Below the pieces are notes generated by a model. That model was not told where the DNA came from, searched no databases, and saw only the letters and a program-made list of their open reading frames with translations. The translations under genes were made by a program, and so were the position numbers. Shown in pieces: positions 60,804 through 64,000 of a stretch of DNA of 64,000 nt. The stretch comes from an uncultured delta proteobacterium (GTDB lineage: Bacteria > Desulfobacterota > Desulfobacteria > Desulfobacterales > UBA2156). The stretch spans positions 544,001-608,000 of the forward strand of contig CAVTQK010000021.1 of NCBI GenBank assembly GCA_963736855.1. Reading direction: 5' to 3'. Numbering within the stretch: the first letter of the stretch is position 1; each line of letters opens with the position of its first letter.

Positions 60804-61617
60804 AATGCTTCAATCCTCCCTTTATACTCAAACCGCTAACTATAAAATCCTGGTCGCCGGAAACTTATCCGAATTTTCAGAAAAAGGGGCTGCATTGTTT
60901 ATGGAGGCTGCCTCAAGAAGCGTTCATGTGAAAGGTTGGTTTGCCGCAGCCCTTTCAGGTGGAAGCACCCCACGCCCTGTTTATCGACGGTTGAGCCGGG
61001 AACCTTATCTTTCCGGCATTCCCTGGGATCGTACCCACCTGTTCTGGGTTGATGAACGTATGTTGGACTATTCAGATGTATCCAGCAACTTCGGCACGGC
61101 GCGGCAGGACCTTTTACAGCATGTCCCGATTCCCGGGGATCAACTCCACCCCATGCCTGTGTCAGGACCCTTAGAGACACGGACGGATCGATATGAATCC
61201 GAACTTCGCTTCTTTCATGATCGATTCGGTAAAGGAGGCCTTCTCTTTGATCTTGTCTTTCTCGGCTTAGGCGCCGACGGACATGTGGCCTCTCTATTTG
61301 GGGAAACCATCGATTCCGAAACCCCAAGACGCTGGACCACTCTGGCTCAGGGTGGAGACCCAAAAACCTGGCGTCTCAGCCTGACCTTCGAAGCAATCAA
61401 TGCAACACGGCACTTATGTTTCCTGGTCTTCGGCAGACAAAAAGCATCCATCGTCGCCCGGGTGATCCTGAACCCAGAACCTGAACTTCCGGCTCAACGG
61501 ATCCGTCCTCAAGGCGGCGAGATAGTGTATTTATTGGACAGGGAAGCAGCAACCTTGCTTACGCCCGCGCTTGAGGATCCAATACAAGATCCCGGTGGGA
61601 ACCTACTGGAATCCTAA
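60796..61617 (+). CDS. pgl: 6-phosphogluconolactonase
   Basis: LSGGSTP, WVDER, SN, LGLGADGHVASLF. Confidence 0.9.
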   Translation: MIEMLQSSLYTQTANYKILVAGNLSEFSEKGAALFMEAASRSVHVKGWFAAALSGGSTPRPVYRRLSREPYLSGIPWDRTHLFWVDERMLDYSDVSSNFGTARQDLLQHVPIPGDQLHPMPVSGPLETRTDRYESELRFFHDRFGKGGLLFDLVFLGLGADGHVASLFGETIDSETPRRWTTLAQGGDPKTWRLSLTFEAINATRHLCFLVFGRQKASIVARVILNPEPELPAQRIRPQGGEIVYLLDREAATLLTPALEDPIQDPGGNLLES

Positions 61618-61626
61618 GAACCGGAA

Positions 61627-62133
61627 TCATAGCCCCGATGGACGCTCGAACTCCTGATCAAAAATTTTAGCTCCCCATTGATGAATCTCCTGTTCTTCGA
61701 CGAGTCGGAACCCCTCGCCTTCGTATAATCTTCTGGCCGAGTCAAGTCCCCTGAAGGTGAATAAAAATATTTTCCGTATCCCCTTTTCGATGGTGCAAAA
61801 TTCTACGGCCTTCCGGAGCAAAAAACGCCCCAGGCCTTTGCCTTGATATTCAGGGCTCACGATAAACCAACGGATCCTTGCCCCTAAAGTTTCTCTCAGC
61901 CTGCCATCCAGTGCGATGCAACCTGCAAAAGCGTCACCCGCCCGGGCCGCCCAGAATCCATCTCTTTTTGCGTCAAAATTTTCCAGGAAATCCGCCGCCT
62001 CTCTGGCTACCTGGATTTCAAAAGACACGTCGAATCCCCATTGCAGGTGGTAATAAACAGCATGGAGCTCGGTTACCTTTCCGATAACCCCCGGATAATA
62101 TCCTGAAATCGTAAATCCTTCCGGCAGTTCCAT
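61627..62133 (-). CDS. GNAT family acetyltransferase
   Basis: RWFIVSPEYQGKGLG, ARRLYEGEGF. Confidence 0.85.
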   Translation of the reverse strand: MELPEGFTISGYYPGVIGKVTELHAVYYHLQWGFDVSFEIQVAREAADFLENFDAKRDGFWAARAGDAFAGCIALDGRLRETLGARIRWFIVSPEYQGKGLGRFLLRKAVEFCTIEKGIRKIFLFTFRGLDSARRLYEGEGFRLVEEQEIHQWGAKIFDQEFERPSGL

Positions 62134-62151
62134 GATTCCTCCCTTCCGTCG

Positions 62152-63258
62152 TCACATCCTGTTCCGGCGTCCGCCGACATGACAGCCGGCACCGATCCTT
62201 TCGAAAAAAGCCTCCAAGCGGTCATACAATGCCTGAATGCTGGAAATAACGACATGTTCATCTCTGCTGTGGGCACTCTGTTCACCGTCTGCCCCCCACA
62301 CCACACCGGGGATACCGAACTCGGAAAGAAACCGGGCATCACTGGCCCCATGCTCGAAAGTAATTTTACTTCCCGGGCTAACCTCCAGCAACAAATCGAC
62401 GAAAGGAGAGTTTCCGCCGATAAAGATCGGCTCTTTTCTGATGATCTGCAGATCCCCATGCACCGAGCCCCGCATCATTTTATACAGCTCTTCGCTATCG
62501 TCATTTTCTGTGTAGCGGATGTCGAAAACCGCCTCTGCAACTTCAGGAACCTGGTTAAATGATTTCCCGGCGGAAACAATGTTGAAACTCATGGTTCGAT
62601 GCCAATGATCGCCTTCAGGATTCGGAAAAAGCGATTTGAGCCTATGATAATCTTCGATAAGAATATCAATGGCGTTTTTTCCCAGCCATGGACGGGAACC
62701 GTGAGCGGCTTTCCCTTCCGTTATCAGTTTCAGAGTCAACAGCCCCTTCTCCTTGGCCACGATTTGATCAACGTTTCCGCCGTCTAATGCGATGCCGAAA
62801 TCCGCCTGAATCTTTTCCAGGGCCTTTTTAGCTCCGTTTTGTCCGCCGAGCTCTTCGTCTCCGGTGATCAGAACTCCCATCGCCGCATGGTTTTGGTCTA
62901 AACCTTCTCTTTTCAAACGGGCCATATGACGAAGCATCAGTACCAAAGACAATGCCACGGCATATTTGTCGTCTATGCTCCCACGTCCGTATAGCCTGCC
63001 ATCGCGGACGCTGGGTTCAAAAACTTCGGCGGAGCCATCCACCACGTCCAGGTGACTCATGAGTAAAACAGGTACTCTCCGATTTGGGGGCATGATCCAG
63101 ATTGAAGGAACACCTTCATGCTCCATACGCTCAAATAAAACTCTATGCGTTTTAAGGTAGTTCTCAATAAACGAAGCACACCGCTGAATCTCATCGGGTT
63201 TGGATTGGACCGTTTGAAACCGGATCAGCGTTTTGGTCAATTCTAGGATCTCTTCCAT
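62152..63258 (-). CDS. M20 metallopeptidase (ArgE/DapE-like)
   Basis: SHLDVV, YGRGSIDDK, DEE, AHGSRPW, SDAR, AHSRDE. Confidence 0.88.
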   Translation of the reverse strand: MEEILELTKTLIRFQTVQSKPDEIQRCASFIENYLKTHRVLFERMEHEGVPSIWIMPPNRRVPVLLMSHLDVVDGSAEVFEPSVRDGRLYGRGSIDDKYAVALSLVLMLRHMARLKREGLDQNHAAMGVLITGDEELGGQNGAKKALEKIQADFGIALDGGNVDQIVAKEKGLLTLKLITEGKAAHGSRPWLGKNAIDILIEDYHRLKSLFPNPEGDHWHRTMSFNIVSAGKSFNQVPEVAEAVFDIRYTENDDSEELYKMMRGSVHGDLQIIRKEPIFIGGNSPFVDLLLEVSPGSKITFEHGASDARFLSEFGIPGVVWGADGEQSAHSRDEHVVISSIQALYDRLEAFFERIGAGCHVGGRRNRM

Positions 63259-63440
63259 ACAATTTGTCCTTTGGGGTTTTATGACCCTGCTAATCGCTGG
63301 GAAATGGTGAACACGGGGAAGAAACGCGTCACGGCGCATCTGAAAGGCGGGGAAAAACGGCAATATACGAAAACGGCTTATTTCGGTTCTGAAGCGATAT
63401 GCGAGAGAGTCCCCTTGAGCTTTTTGAACCGTTCTGGAAT

Positions 63441-63788
63441 TTACACCGGTGCCAGCTTCTGTAAGTGCTGCACAAGGGATACGATGGAAAAGGGCTTCGC
63501 TAAGACTGAATCGAAATCGGCTATCTCCAGAAGCCAGGGTGTCCCCGATATTCCGATGACCGGCGTACGGCTCTGCTCGGATTCCCGGATGTGACGGATT
63601 ACCTCTTTTCCGTCCAACCCGGGCATCACCAGGTCGGTGATGACCGCGTCAAAATGGGCGGCATTGAATTTCTTCACCCCTTCTTCCCCACTGGCTGCAA
63701 CCTCTACGCGGTGTCCGTAAGCCTCCAATGCCATCTGAAGCATTTTCAAGATGTTTTTTTCGTCATCAATCACCAAGATGGTTCCCAT
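63441..63788 (-). CDS. Single-domain response regulator
   Basis: ILVIDDE, TDLVMPGLDG, KPF. Confidence 0.85.
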   Translation of the reverse strand: MGTILVIDDEKNILKMLQMALEAYGHRVEVAASGEEGVKKFNAAHFDAVITDLVMPGLDGKEVIRHIRESEQSRTPVIGISGTPWLLEIADFDSVLAKPFSIVSLVQHLQKLAPV

Positions 63789-64000
63789 GGCTGCCTCTTC
63801 GCGTTGATGCATCCCGACATCGTGTTTTCAGTTTGGCAGCTTACATTCCAAGAAACCTCTTGTCAACTACATATTGTATCTTTTTTTAATCAGACACCTA
63901 TATGCTGTATTAAATAAGAGTATGATGGGAACATTTTCGACGTTTTTCCATGCAATTTAAAGCCGTTAATATATATGGAATGGGGATGTCATTTCATTGC

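Overview
This window looks like part of an anaerobic deltaproteobacterial (Desulfobacterota-like) chromosome; the lineage is inferred from gene content. (1) 1-10.5 kb: an anaerobic phenol-type activation cluster (ppsA-ppsB-ppcB, response regulator, aryl/acyl-CoA ligase, Tm-1/UPF0261 protein), with a divergent LysR regulator and a gamma-carbonic anhydrase. (2) ~10.7-33.9 kb: an accessory, partly decayed island. It opens with kaiC-kaiB-kaiB followed by a receiver-less PAS-PAS sigma54 activator. Downstream are five copies of one regulatory module (two 16-bp palindromes ending 100-101 bp upstream of a sigma54 -24/-12 promoter), each in front of general-stress small-protein genes (ABM, CsbD, BON, DUF3096, lmo0937). 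The island also holds DUF3309 genes, an RNase II-family gene, FtsH, internal duplications, IS remnants and pseudogenes. (3) 34-64 kb: YgiQ radical SAM; a pst operon with a PhoU/pseudo-ArsC fusion and two complementarily degenerate PstB ATPases; an MntA-HepT toxin-antitoxin pair; a lexA-DUF72-imuB-dnaE2 mutagenesis cassette (dnaE2 frameshifted); htpX; a dynamin-like GTPase pair; PBP1B; zwf-pgl; and housekeeping genes. The best candidate for an undescribed system is a KaiBC-coupled sigma54 stress regulon with an identifiable enhancer motif. No rRNA, tRNA or CRISPR array was found. All family calls come from motif recognition by eye, not database searches.
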